Shown: positions 11,241 to 21,095 of the stretch, piece after piece | How positions within the stretch are numbered: position 1 is the first letter of the stretch | Layout: the number at the start of each line of letters is the position of its first letter | NCBI GenBank assembly: GCA_031553675.1 | Contig: JAVBLF010000084.1 | Span: 375-64,374 of the forward strand | Direction: 5' to 3' | From: Eubacteriales bacterium | Lineage (GTDB): Bacteria > Bacillota > Clostridia > Christensenellales > CALWSW01 | DNA length: 64,000 bases | Made by a program: the position numbers and the translations under genes | Notes under the pieces: generated by a model | Database searches by the model: none | Seen by the model: the letters and a program-made list of their open reading frames with translations, nothing else | Told to the model about the DNA's origin: nothing

Positions 11241-11264
11241 GGCGCTTTCGGGCGCCTTTTTTTG
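11241..11264 (+). terminator. Probable terminator after the first ABC cassette
   Basis: GGCGC-TTTCGG-GCGCC followed by a T run. Confidence 0.55.
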
Positions 11265-11302
11265 TGCGTTTTGCGCGGAAGGATGCTCGTTTAAATCAAC
11301 AG

Positions 11303-11331
11303 TTGCGCGAATCAATCACGAGCGTTATAAT
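11303..11331 (+). promoter_or_regulatory. sigmaA promoter for the second ABC/UroD operon
   Basis: TTGCGC-17-TATAAT. Confidence 0.6.
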
Positions 11332-11427
11332 GTTTGCATACACCCGATCTTTCCTTGGCATTCTTTCCACATCTTCTCATCTCTGGAGCAACAGCTCCAA
11401 GCCCCCAAAACGCAGGAGGAATGACAC

Positions 11428-12591
11428 ATGAAAAAGGCGTTGATCCTCGTCCTGTCTCTCGCGATGACCCTGAGCCTGTTCACGGCATGCACGCAAGAAG
11501 CACCGCCCGCTGAAGAAGCGAAAACCGAAACCGAGGCCGCTCCCGAAGCTGCCCCCGCATCCGAAGCGCCCAAAGAAGCCGAAGCCGCTCCCGAAGCGGC
11601 AAGCGAGGCGCCCGCCGCTCCCGAAGCGCCCGCTGACAAAAAGTACGTATTTGGCCGCGTGATCTTCGACCTCAGCCACCCCTACCAGCAGGCCGACGCG
11701 AAATGGTTCGAGAAGTACTGCCAGGAGATGGGCGCCGAGGCGATCATCATGGATGGCAAATCGAGCGCGGAAGTCATGACGAAGTGCGTCGAAGACCTGA
11801 TCGCGAAGAAGGTCGACGGCATCGTCATCCAGCCGGCCGACGCTGCCAGTGGAAATGGCTTCGTCAAGATGGCGCAGGACGCGGGCATCCCGATCGTGAC
11901 CTTCGTCAACAACCCGCCTGATGTCCCCGCGCCCCACATCGAGCTGGCCGAAGCCGCCACCTCCAAAGCCATGGGCGCGCTCGCCGCGACGAAGTGGAAA
12001 GAATTCTACCCCGACAAACCCATCAAGGTCGGCATCATCGACCTGCCCAGCGTGCAGCAGGTGCACGAACAGCGCGCGATGGCCTTCTTCGAAGGTGTCC
12101 AGAGCGTCGCTTCCGACGCCGAGCTCGTTGCGACGCTCGACGGCGGCGGCATCCGCGACAAATCTTTCACTGCGGCGCAAGACCTCATCCAGGCCCATCC
12201 CGAAGTCAACATCATCTACGGCATCAACTGCGACGCCGGCATGGGCGCGCTCGCGGCGTTTGAAGAAGCCGGACGCGGCAAGGCCGTCGACGGCGTACCG
12301 CAAACCGAGCTCTTCGTCAGCACGGACGGCACCGAACTCGAAGCCGTGAAGATCTTCGACAAGACGAGCGCCCTCAAGCTCACGATGGCCCTGTCGCCCC
12401 GCCTCTTCGCGCGCGCCCACCTGGACCTCCTCATGCGCGTGATCAACGGCGAGATCAAGATGACCGACGAAGAGATCGTCGACGTCAACGACGTGATCTT
12501 CGATTACTGGAACACAACGCCGGAAGAATTCGAGAAATTCCTCGTCGACGACTACTTCTCGCAGCCCGGCTTTGCGGCGACCGTGAAGTAG
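11428..12591 (+). CDS. Sugar ABC transporter substrate-binding lipoprotein (RbsB-like)
   Basis: Lipobox LFTAC, Ala/Glu/Pro low-complexity linker, KKVDGIVIQP periplasmic-binding-fold motif. Confidence 0.9.
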   Translation: MKKALILVLSLAMTLSLFTACTQEAPPAEEAKTETEAAPEAAPASEAPKEAEAAPEAASEAPAAPEAPADKKYVFGRVIFDLSHPYQQADAKWFEKYCQEMGAEAIIMDGKSSAEVMTKCVEDLIAKKVDGIVIQPADAASGNGFVKMAQDAGIPIVTFVNNPPDVPAPHIELAEAATSKAMGALAATKWKEFYPDKPIKVGIIDLPSVQQVHEQRAMAFFEGVQSVASDAELVATLDGGGIRDKSFTAAQDLIQAHPEVNIIYGINCDAGMGALAAFEEAGRGKAVDGVPQTELFVSTDGTELEAVKIFDKTSALKLTMALSPRLFARAHLDLLMRVINGEIKMTDEEIVDVNDVIFDYWNTTPEEFEKFLVDDYFSQPGFAATVK

Positions 12592-12705
12592 GAAACACAA
12601 CGTTCTTCCTCTCCTAAAGCGATTCGGTCGGGCTGCGGCATGGCGATGCGATGCCGCAGCCTTTCCGAAGCGCGGCGCTTTTCTAAAAAAGAAGGGCTGA
12701 CGTGT

Positions 12706-14211
12706 ATGTACAACCCACATGCCTCGAACGAACCCATCATCGAAATCAGCGGCGTCGCGAAAAGCTACCCCGGTGTGCGCGCGCTCAAAGGCGTCAGTTT
12801 TGCGATCGCGCGTGGGACGGTGCATTGCCTCGTCGGTGAAAACGGCGCGGGCAAATCGACGCTGATCAAGATCTTGACCGGCGCCGAAAAGCACGACGAA
12901 GGAAGCATCCTTTGGCAGGGGCAGACCTACCAACCCAAGAGCATCAAGGACGCCATGCGCGCCGGCATGAGCGTGCTGTACCAGGAACTTAACATCGTGG
13001 ACTCGCTGACCGTGCGCGAAAACCTCGTGCTGGGCAAAGAAAAGTCCCGCTGGGGCATCGTGCAGCGCAGCGACATCGACCAACAGGCGATCGACATCCT
13101 CCGCTCGCTCGACGCCAACATCGATCCCGATACCAAGGCGTCGGCCTACAGCGTGGCGCAAAAGCAAGTCATGCAGATCGCCAAGGCCATCGCCGACGAA
13201 TGCCAAGTGCTGATCATGGACGAACCGACGGCCGCCCTGACCGAAGAGGAGATCCAGCAGCTTTTCCGCGTCGTCGGGCAGCTCAAAGAAAAAGGCGTCA
13301 CGATCGTCTATGTCTCGCACCGCCTCGAGGAGATCTTCGCGATCGGCGACAACGTGACGGTGCTGCGCGACGGCGAAGTCGTCGCGACGAAGAGCGTGCA
13401 GGAGATCGGCGATCGACAGGAACTGATCCGCCTCATGCTCGGCAAAGTCGTCTACCAAAGCTATGTTCCGCGCGCCTTTGACAGGAGCAAGGTCATTCTG
13501 GAGGTCAAAGACCTTCGCAACCGCGTGCTCAACGGCGTCAGTTTCGAGCTTCACCAAGGTGAGATCCTCGGCTTCTACGGCCTGATCGGTTCGGGCAAGA
13601 CCGAGATCGCCCGCGCGATCTACGGCGCCGATCCCGTCGAGGGCGGTGTACTGCTGGGCGGCGCGGACGCCAAAAGCCGCCTGCCGCGGCATGCCATCCG
13701 GCGCGGCATCTCGCTCGTCCCCGAGGAGCGACGCACGGAAGGGATCTTCCCTGTGCTGCCCATCCGCGAGAACGTCTCGCTCATGAACACGAAAAAAATC
13801 CTCTCCGGTTTTGCGACGAGTCTGCAAAAGGAAAGGGCGCTCGCCCAGGACTTCATCCAGCGGCTGCACATCGCCACCGACAGCATGGAAAAGGCCGTCG
13901 CCTACCTGAGCGGGGGCAACCAACAAAAGGTCGTGCTCGCCAAGTGCATCAACGCCGACGCCAAAGTGCTCATGCTGGACGAACCGACGCGCGGTGTCGA
14001 CATCGGCGCGAAAGAAGAGATTCACAACATCATCCGCACGCTGGCCGACGAAGGCACGTCCATACTCGTCTTTTCTTCCGAGCTGATGGAGATCGTCAAC
14101 CTCTGCGATCGCATTTTGCTGCTCTTCAATGGCGAAATCAAGGCCGAACTCCAAAACGGCGAGGACATCGATTCCGAAACCGTCATGCACATCGTCACGG
14201 GCGGCGCGTGA
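12706..14211 (+). CDS. Sugar ABC transporter ATP-binding protein (RbsA-like)
   Basis: GENGAGKST, IMDEPT, LSGGNQQK, LDEPTRGVDIGAK. Confidence 0.95.
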   Translation: MYNPHASNEPIIEISGVAKSYPGVRALKGVSFAIARGTVHCLVGENGAGKSTLIKILTGAEKHDEGSILWQGQTYQPKSIKDAMRAGMSVLYQELNIVDSLTVRENLVLGKEKSRWGIVQRSDIDQQAIDILRSLDANIDPDTKASAYSVAQKQVMQIAKAIADECQVLIMDEPTAALTEEEIQQLFRVVGQLKEKGVTIVYVSHRLEEIFAIGDNVTVLRDGEVVATKSVQEIGDRQELIRLMLGKVVYQSYVPRAFDRSKVILEVKDLRNRVLNGVSFELHQGEILGFYGLIGSGKTEIARAIYGADPVEGGVLLGGADAKSRLPRHAIRRGISLVPEERRTEGIFPVLPIRENVSLMNTKKILSGFATSLQKERALAQDFIQRLHIATDSMEKAVAYLSGGNQQKVVLAKCINADAKVLMLDEPTRGVDIGAKEEIHNIIRTLADEGTSILVFSSELMEIVNLCDRILLLFNGEIKAELQNGEDIDSETVMHIVTGGA

Positions 14212-14263
14212 CCGAAGTCTTCATCCACGCACTTCGGCACCATCCGATCGGGAGGCACTCACT

Positions 14264-15229
14264 ATGAATGAAAAACGAAGACCCAAAATCCTGCAAATCT
14301 TGCCCATGCAGACCCTCGTCACGGTTGGCATCCTTTTTGTTTTGTTCATCACGCTTTCTTTTATCTCCAAGGAATTTTTCACGAGCACCAACCTCTTGAA
14401 CGTCACCCGCCAGGTCGCCACCGTCGTGATCACGGGTTCGGCCGTGACGCTCCTGATGATCTCGGGCAACATGGACCTTTCCGTCGGCAGCATCTTCGCG
14501 CTGGCCGGCGTGCTGGCGGCGAAGTTCGCCGTCGCGGGCATACCGATCCCCGTGTGCATCCTGCTCGCTATGCTGATCGGTGGCTTTTGCGGGCTGATCA
14601 GCGGCATCTGCGTGACCAAGCTGCACGTCACGCCCGTCATCGCGACGCTGGGCGTCATGTACGTCGCGCGCGGCCTGGCTTTGATCTTCTGCGAAGGACG
14701 TACCGTCAACCTGGGATTGCCTGCGAATTATGCCGACCTCGGCCGCACCTTGATCGCCGGAAAGATCCCGATCATGCTCGTGATCACGATCGTGATCGTC
14801 GCCATCTTTCTCTTCATTCAGAATAAGACGCTGATCGGGAAATACGCGTATGCCATCGGCGGAAACCCTGTCGCTTCGGTTCTCTCGGGCATCAACGCCG
14901 ACCTGATCATCTTGACGCTTTTCATCCTCTCGGGTATGCTGGCAGCATTCTCGGGCGTGCTGATGGGCTCGCGCCTCGGCGTCGGCGACCCCAACGTCGG
15001 CGTGGGCTTCGAGTTCGACGTCATCGTCGCGATCGTGCTGGGCGGCACCAGTCTGCGCGGCGGCGAAGGATCGATCTTCGGCATGATCATTGGGGCGCTC
15101 ATCGTCGGCTTCCTCGGCAACGGCCTCAACCTGCTCGACGTGCAGTCCTTTTACCAGGACGTGCTCAAGGGCGTCGTGCTCGTGCTGGCCGTCATCGCGG
15201 ACGCTGCCTTCAAACGCCGCATCCGCTGA
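14264..15229 (+). CDS. Sugar ABC transporter permease (RbsC-like)
   Basis: ISGNMDLSVG, YAIGGN, IVLGGTSLRGGEG. SD GGAGG. Confidence 0.93.
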   Translation: MNEKRRPKILQILPMQTLVTVGILFVLFITLSFISKEFFTSTNLLNVTRQVATVVITGSAVTLLMISGNMDLSVGSIFALAGVLAAKFAVAGIPIPVCILLAMLIGGFCGLISGICVTKLHVTPVIATLGVMYVARGLALIFCEGRTVNLGLPANYADLGRTLIAGKIPIMLVITIVIVAIFLFIQNKTLIGKYAYAIGGNPVASVLSGINADLIILTLFILSGMLAAFSGVLMGSRLGVGDPNVGVGFEFDVIVAIVLGGTSLRGGEGSIFGMIIGALIVGFLGNGLNLLDVQSFYQDVLKGVVLVLAVIADAAFKRRIR

Positions 15230-15287
15230 CACCCTTACAACCAACCAACCGGGCCCGCGTGTCCAACCCAAGGAGGAGACCCATCCC

Positions 15288-16418
15288 ATGAATCCACGCG
15301 AACGCATGCAACGCACCCTGTCACACGAAGAAGTCGACCGTCCCCCGCTCGACATCGGCGGCACGACGGTATCGGGCGTCCGATCCGGCGTCTACGCGCG
15401 CTTGTTGGAGACATTCGGCCTCGGACATCTGGCCGTGACGCTCGACAATCCTTCGAAAAAAATCGAAATGGCGGATGAACTGCTGACCCAGCTCGGCGTC
15501 GATACGCGCACCGTCATCGCGCCCTCGCTGATCAGCCCCCACGCCAAACACATTTCGCCCCTGGCCTTCATCAACGAGTGGGGCGTCGAATACCGCGTGC
15601 CCGAGGATGCGCCCTATTCTTACATTCCAGTGCGGGGCCCCTTCACAGATGACGCGACCGAAAAGGCCGTGCTCGATTTCGCTTGGCCCGACGTCGAAGA
15701 CGAAGCCAACTACGCCGGCCTCGCCGAAAAAGCGCGGCACCTGCACGAAGACACGCCCTATGCCGTCTGCGGCAACGTCGAACGCTCGGTGATTCTCGAG
15801 CTCGCGATCGCCATGCGCGGCTTTGAAGACCTTCTGGTCGACATGGTGGCTGAACCCGACTTCTACCACGCGCTCATGGACGCGATCACGCGCCTGCAAA
15901 TCCGGCGCTTTGAAAAACTGCTCGACGCGACTGGGCCCTATCTCGACGTGATCGCGTTCGGGGACGACGTCGGCACGCAAAACGCGCTTCTCGTCTCGCC
16001 CGCCATGTACCGCGAATGCGTCAAGCCCTACCACAAGCGCCTGTTTGAGGCAATTCGCGCCAAGACGGACGCCAAGATCTTCTACCATAGCTGCGGCAAC
16101 GTCTTCGACCTGATCCCCGACTTCATCGAAATCGGCGTCGATATCCTCAACCCCGTCCAGGTGAAGGCCAAGAACATGGACCCCGACGCACTCAAAGCGA
16201 CCTACGGCAAAAACATCACGTTCTGGGGCGGCGTCGATTCCCAGCAGGTTTTGCCCTTCGGTACACCCGACGAGGTGCGCGCCGAAACGGCGAAGCTCAT
16301 CGATCGCATGGGCGCAAACGGCGGCCTCGTCATCGCGGGTGTTCACAACATCCAAGACGAAGTGCCCGTCGACAACATCCGCGCCATGTGCGAGGCGACG
16401 CTGCAATACAAACGCTAA
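15288..16418 (+). CDS. Uroporphyrinogen decarboxylase-fold (URO-D/MtaA/CmuA-like) protein
   Basis: MNPRER...HEEVDRPP, GDDVGTQ, FYHSCG, ILNPVQ, FWGGVDSQ, HNIQ. Confidence 0.88.
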   Translation: MNPRERMQRTLSHEEVDRPPLDIGGTTVSGVRSGVYARLLETFGLGHLAVTLDNPSKKIEMADELLTQLGVDTRTVIAPSLISPHAKHISPLAFINEWGVEYRVPEDAPYSYIPVRGPFTDDATEKAVLDFAWPDVEDEANYAGLAEKARHLHEDTPYAVCGNVERSVILELAIAMRGFEDLLVDMVAEPDFYHALMDAITRLQIRRFEKLLDATGPYLDVIAFGDDVGTQNALLVSPAMYRECVKPYHKRLFEAIRAKTDAKIFYHSCGNVFDLIPDFIEIGVDILNPVQVKAKNMDPDALKATYGKNITFWGGVDSQQVLPFGTPDEVRAETAKLIDRMGANGGLVIAGVHNIQDEVPVDNIRAMCEATLQYKR

Positions 16419-16473
16419 ACGCAAAAGCCCGGCACAAGTGTCGCGCGAGCGCGCGGCGGAAAGGAGGGTGCGC

Positions 16474-17718
16474 ATGACCGCAAGGGAGAGAGTTCTGGCC
16501 GCGATCGACCACAAGGAGCCCGACCGCGTCCCCGTCGACCTCGGCGCGACGCCCAGCTCCAACATATCGGCCATCGCTTACAACAATCTCAAAGCGTATC
16601 TGGGCATGCCGCAGGGCCACACGCGGATCTACGACGTCTGCCAACAAGTGATCATGCCCGAGGCGGCCCTGCTCGACCGCTTCGGCGTCGACGTGATCGA
16701 TGTCGCGCAGGCCTATTGCCAGGACGCGCGCGAATGGGTGGACGTCACCCTGGCAGACGGCAGCTGCGCCGAATCGCCCGCATGGTTCGACGAGCGCGTC
16801 CAGCAGGACGGGTCTACGCTTGCTTTCCTCCAAGATGGCAGTGTGGGCGGCAAAATGCCCAAGGGCGCGACCTTCTTTGACCAGACCATTTGGCCTTACC
16901 TCGACGGTTACCCCGACGATTACAAAGCCCTGCCCGAAGCGATGAAGAAAGTGAGCTGGCAGGCCTTTGCGCATCCCCCCTGGGATCACGCGGGCGGCGA
17001 AACGTTCTGGCAGGATCTCCGCACGCGCACGCTCGCGCTCCGAGAATCGACCGACCGCGCGCTGATGATCGTCTGCGGGTGCAACCTCTTTGAATGGGGC
17101 ACCTTCCTGCGCAAGATCGACAACTTCCTCTGCGACCTCATCACCGACGAAGGCGAGGTCGAACGGCTCTTGGACGCACTGATGGAAGTGCACATGGCGA
17201 CGCTCGCCAAAGTCTGTGACGCCGTCGGCGACATCGTCGACGTGATCCGTTTCGGCGACGATCTCGGCATGGACACTGGTCCCTTCATGCGCCCCGAGAC
17301 TTACCGCAAGCTCTTCAAACCGCGCCACGCCCAGCTTTGCGCCTACGTCAAACAGCACAGCTCCATGCGCACCTTCTTGCACACCTGCGGATCGATTTAC
17401 AAGCTCATGCCTGACCTGATCGAAGCGGGCTACGACATCCTCAACCCCGTGCAGACCTCGGCGCGCGACATGGACGCGGTTACGCTCAAGCGCGACTTTG
17501 GCCGGGATGTCACGTTCTGGGGAGGCGGTGTCGACACGCGCCACATCCTTAATCACGGTTCGCCGGAAGACGTCCGCGCCGACGTTGCGCACAGGCTGGA
17601 GATCTTTATGCCGGGCGGGGGCTTTGTGTTCAATCCCATCCACAACATCATGCCCGACTGCCCGCCCGCGAACGTCGTCGCGATGTTCGAGGCGGTCGAG
17701 CGCTTCGGCGTCTATTGA
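16474..17718 (+). CDS. Uroporphyrinogen decarboxylase-fold (methyltransferase-like) protein
   Basis: MTARERV...HKEPDRVPVD, GDDLG, FLHTCG, ILNPVQ, FWGGGVDT, HNIMPD. Confidence 0.88.
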   Translation: MTARERVLAAIDHKEPDRVPVDLGATPSSNISAIAYNNLKAYLGMPQGHTRIYDVCQQVIMPEAALLDRFGVDVIDVAQAYCQDAREWVDVTLADGSCAESPAWFDERVQQDGSTLAFLQDGSVGGKMPKGATFFDQTIWPYLDGYPDDYKALPEAMKKVSWQAFAHPPWDHAGGETFWQDLRTRTLALRESTDRALMIVCGCNLFEWGTFLRKIDNFLCDLITDEGEVERLLDALMEVHMATLAKVCDAVGDIVDVIRFGDDLGMDTGPFMRPETYRKLFKPRHAQLCAYVKQHSSMRTFLHTCGSIYKLMPDLIEAGYDILNPVQTSARDMDAVTLKRDFGRDVTFWGGGVDTRHILNHGSPEDVRADVAHRLEIFMPGGGFVFNPIHNIMPDCPPANVVAMFEAVERFGVY

Positions 17719-17735
17719 CTGAAGGAGGGGAAAAT

Positions 17736-18581
17736 ATGCATCTCGCCTTCATCACGCCCTGCGTGGGGGAAGAGGTGTTTTCGCACATCCGGCGCGGCGC
17801 ACAGGACGCCGCCGACCTTCACGGCATCACATTTGATTTCCTCGGCACAGAGGACGTCGACATTGAAGAACAGATCGCGATCGTCGAAAAGGCGATCGCC
17901 GATCGCGTCGACGGCATCGCACTGAGCTATCCACATGAAACGGCATTTGACGAAGTGACGGCCAAGGCCATCGAAGCGAGCATCCCCGTGATCGCGTTCA
18001 ACATCGACAGCCCTCACCCTGACAACCCGCGTCTAGCCGGGATTGCGCAGGACATGCGCGAAGCCGGGAGACGCTTTGGACGCCGTGCCGCCGCGAGCAT
18101 CCCCGAGGGCGCCCATGTGCTCTTCACCGAACATTCAGAGGGCATCAGTGCGCTCGACGATCGCATCGCCGGGGCGCTCGAAACGCTGGCCGACAAGCGC
18201 ATCACACATGAGATCGCGATCACCGGTATGACGGCCGAGGGCGCGGCCGACGTCATCGTCGCGCGTTTGGAGCGTGTTCCCGCGATCACGGCGGTTTTCG
18301 CGACGGGCATGGCGGACACAGAAGGCGCCGGCCTCGCCAAGCAGCGCTTTCCGGAACGCGAGCTCTTCGTCGCGGGCTTTGACGTGTCCGACGGCATACT
18401 CCGCCTCGTCCGGTCGGGCGCGATCGCCTTTACGGTCGATCAACAGCTCTACGCGCAAGGCTTTTATGCCGTGACGCAACTGGCGCTCTACCTGCGAAAG
18501 GGCGTCGTGCCCATGGACATGAACACCGGCGCCGTTTGCATCGACATACCGCATCTGCAAAGAAAAGGAGAGGCAATTTGA
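17736..18581 (+). CDS. Sugar-binding (periplasmic-binding fold) protein without signal peptide
   Basis: RVDGIAL, IPVIAFN, VAGFD, TVDQQLYAQG. Starts directly at the first beta strand. Confidence 0.8.
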   Translation: MHLAFITPCVGEEVFSHIRRGAQDAADLHGITFDFLGTEDVDIEEQIAIVEKAIADRVDGIALSYPHETAFDEVTAKAIEASIPVIAFNIDSPHPDNPRLAGIAQDMREAGRRFGRRAAASIPEGAHVLFTEHSEGISALDDRIAGALETLADKRITHEIAITGMTAEGAADVIVARLERVPAITAVFATGMADTEGAGLAKQRFPERELFVAGFDVSDGILRLVRSGAIAFTVDQQLYAQGFYAVTQLALYLRKGVVPMDMNTGAVCIDIPHLQRKGEAI

Positions 18582-19729
18582 ACCATCGGGAAAGATTGCA
18601 CGCGCTTCTGCACGGCCAGGCATACGATCGCCTGCCCATCGTCCATTTCGGATGGTGGGACGAAACGATCGCGATGTGGCGGGACGAAGGCCATATCCCC
18701 GGCGATCTCGCGGAAGCCTACTTCGACGCCGCCCGCCGCGGCATGGCGGACGGGAGCGACGCGGATCGCGCCATCACGGCCCTCATGGGCTTCGATTACA
18801 ACTACTTCACGGTGCTCTTTACGAAGAGCGGGCTGAACATGCTCTACCCGAAGTTCGAACGGAAGATCGTCCGCGAACTGGAGGGCGGCGCGTGTCACGT
18901 CATGAACGAGGACGGCGTGATCGTGCTGCAAAAAGAAGGTGCTCACGGCATTCCGGCCGAGATCGATCATACGCTGCGCGATCGCGCGTCCTGGGAGGAA
19001 CACTACAAGCCGCGCTTGCAATGGTCAGAGGATCGCATCGACGCCGAACGCCTGGCCCGCGTGATCGCCGAGCAGGAAGATCGCCAATTTCCGCTTGGAA
19101 TCTACTGTGGCAGCGTGATGGGCCAGGTGCGCGACTGGTTCGGCATCGAGGGACTGAGCTACCTTTATGTCGACGATGAAGACCTCTTCGTCGAAATCGT
19201 CGAAACCCTGGGCGAGCTGCAATACACAGTCGTCAAGCGAACGCTCGAAAGCGGCGCGCGTTTTGACTTCGGCCATTTTTGGGAGGACATCGCCTTCAAG
19301 AATGGCCCTCTCGTCGTGCCGTCGGTCTTCGACGAAGTTGCGGGTCCGATCTATCGCCGGATCACCGACCTTCTCGGGCGATACGGCATCGATATCGTCT
19401 CGCTCGACTGCGACGGTGTGCCGGACAAACTGCTACCCACCTGGCTGCACAATGGCGTCAACACGATGTTCCCCATTGAGGTCGGAACTTGGGGCGGCAG
19501 CATCGCGCCTTGGCGCGCCCAGTTCGGCCCCGCTCTGCGCGGTGTCGGCGGCGTGAAAAAACACGTGCTCGCGCTGGACGAAGCGGCTGTCGATCGGGAG
19601 ATCGAAAGGCTTCGGCCCCTCGTCGCGCTGGGCGGCTATCTTCCTTGCTTCGATCACAGGATCCCGCCGGACGCGAAGTGGGAGCTTGTGCAGTACTACG
19701 CGGCGAAGATGCGCGAAGTGTTTGCGTAG
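18578..19729 (+). CDS. Uroporphyrinogen decarboxylase-fold protein
   Basis: RERL...YDRLP, FWEDIAFKNGPL, SLDCDG, GGYLPCFDHRIPPD. TTG start after SD AGGAG. Confidence 0.85.
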   Translation: MNHRERLHALLHGQAYDRLPIVHFGWWDETIAMWRDEGHIPGDLAEAYFDAARRGMADGSDADRAITALMGFDYNYFTVLFTKSGLNMLYPKFERKIVRELEGGACHVMNEDGVIVLQKEGAHGIPAEIDHTLRDRASWEEHYKPRLQWSEDRIDAERLARVIAEQEDRQFPLGIYCGSVMGQVRDWFGIEGLSYLYVDDEDLFVEIVETLGELQYTVVKRTLESGARFDFGHFWEDIAFKNGPLVVPSVFDEVAGPIYRRITDLLGRYGIDIVSLDCDGVPDKLLPTWLHNGVNTMFPIEVGTWGGSIAPWRAQFGPALRGVGGVKKHVLALDEAAVDREIERLRPLVALGGYLPCFDHRIPPDAKWELVQYYAAKMREVFA

Positions 19730-19891
19730 ACCCTGCCCGACGGCGGTGTTTCGCGTGTGCATGCGGGACCCGCCGTTTTTTTGTACACGTTTGCCCCATG
19801 CTGCCGAAGCGCAACAAATGGCATTCGTGCTATAATGATACAGCACAGCGTCAAATTGCCTGCCAAGAAGATTACGGAGGTGCAAGTACAA

Positions 19892-21022
19892 ATGAGCGTT
19901 CTACCGAAAGCAGTTTTCCAGAGGAGAATCGAAACCCTCCGCGCGCGCATGGCCGAAAACGGAATCGATTGCTTGATCGCGTACTCTGACATTTGGCGCA
20001 GCAACAACGTGGCCTATCTGACGGACTATCGCCAGGGCGGCGGCGGCATCGGGCAATCCTGGACGGCGCTCCTTCTGCCGATCGAAGGACGCCCCAGCAT
20101 CTTCGTCGGCTTCGAAGAAATCGGCTGCTGCCAAGATCAGATCAAAATCGACGCGGACATCCAGCCTTCGACGCAGTTTGAGACCGTGCTGCGCGCGTAC
20201 GCCCAAGCGCATCGCCCGTCCAAAATCGGCCTGGCGGGAACCCCCATCGTCTTGCACGCCGTGTATGCCTGCATGGAGCGGTCGTTTCCCGCTGCGGAGA
20301 TCGTCGATTGCGACCGGATGATCGCGCGGGATCGCTGGGTCAAAGAGGCGGCGGAAATCGAGGCGATCGCGCGAGCATTTGAACGCAGCGATCGTGCCAT
20401 CAGCGAAGTGCTTTCCGCGGTGAAAGAGGGCGTAACGGAGAGGGAACTCTTCGCGATCGGAACGGCCAGCCTGGCGCGCCAGCAGTGCGAGCTCGCCTTC
20501 ATCCCGACCGTCGCCATCGGTGGGAACGCCGGCATCGCGATGAAGCGGCCGTCCGACAAACGCCTCCAAAGCGGGGACTTGATCATGCTCGACTTCGGCG
20601 CCATCTTCGAGGGCTATACATCCGATACGACGCGGACGGTCGGCTACCATGTCGACGATCCCTTCGAGCGCGGCATACTCGACGCGGCGCTGGCCGGTCG
20701 GAAAGCGGGGTTGGATGTCATCCGTCCCGGCCTACCCTTCTCGAAACTGGAATGGGCCGTCCGCGACGCCATCAGCGAGAAGGGTTACGGCGCCTACCTC
20801 CTGCACAACGTCGGACACGGTTTGGGGATCGACTCTTCGGAAGAGGATCTGCCGATTGGACCGGACAGCCAGGAATGCATGCAGGTCGGCATGGTGTTCA
20901 CGGTGGAGCCCGGCATCTACGTGCCCGGAATCGGAGGGTGCCGCATCGAAGAATGCGTGGTCGTGACGGAAGACGGCTACGAGGTGTTCAGCAAGCTCCC
21001 TGCCGAGCCTGCGCTCCCCTAA
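19892..21022 (+). CDS. M24 family (Xaa-Pro peptidase/creatinase-like) hydrolase
   Basis: N-terminal creatinase-type domain, DFGA..GYTSD, GHGLG, VEPGIY, RIEE. Extended -10 TG-C-TATAAT at 19828-19836. Confidence 0.88.
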   Translation: MSVLPKAVFQRRIETLRARMAENGIDCLIAYSDIWRSNNVAYLTDYRQGGGGIGQSWTALLLPIEGRPSIFVGFEEIGCCQDQIKIDADIQPSTQFETVLRAYAQAHRPSKIGLAGTPIVLHAVYACMERSFPAAEIVDCDRMIARDRWVKEAAEIEAIARAFERSDRAISEVLSAVKEGVTERELFAIGTASLARQQCELAFIPTVAIGGNAGIAMKRPSDKRLQSGDLIMLDFGAIFEGYTSDTTRTVGYHVDDPFERGILDAALAGRKAGLDVIRPGLPFSKLEWAVRDAISEKGYGAYLLHNVGHGLGIDSSEEDLPIGPDSQECMQVGMVFTVEPGIYVPGIGGCRIEECVVVTEDGYEVFSKLPAEPALP

Positions 21023-21095
21023 ATTCCCAAGTGGGTGGCTCCATACCTGACGAGAACCAGTATGAATGTGTTGCGTTTCGCTGGAAGGGATCGCG

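Noticed and set aside
11500-11635. Repetitive GAAGCC/CCCGAAGC tract
   Set aside because: It encodes the ordinary Ala/Glu/Pro linker of a lipoprotein. It is not a CRISPR or mobile repeat.
11377-14190. Long antisense ORFs (e.g. 937 aa here, 642 aa at 8810-10738, 593 aa at 61753-63534)
   Set aside because: Shadow frames of real genes caused by high-GC codon bias. They show no family motifs.
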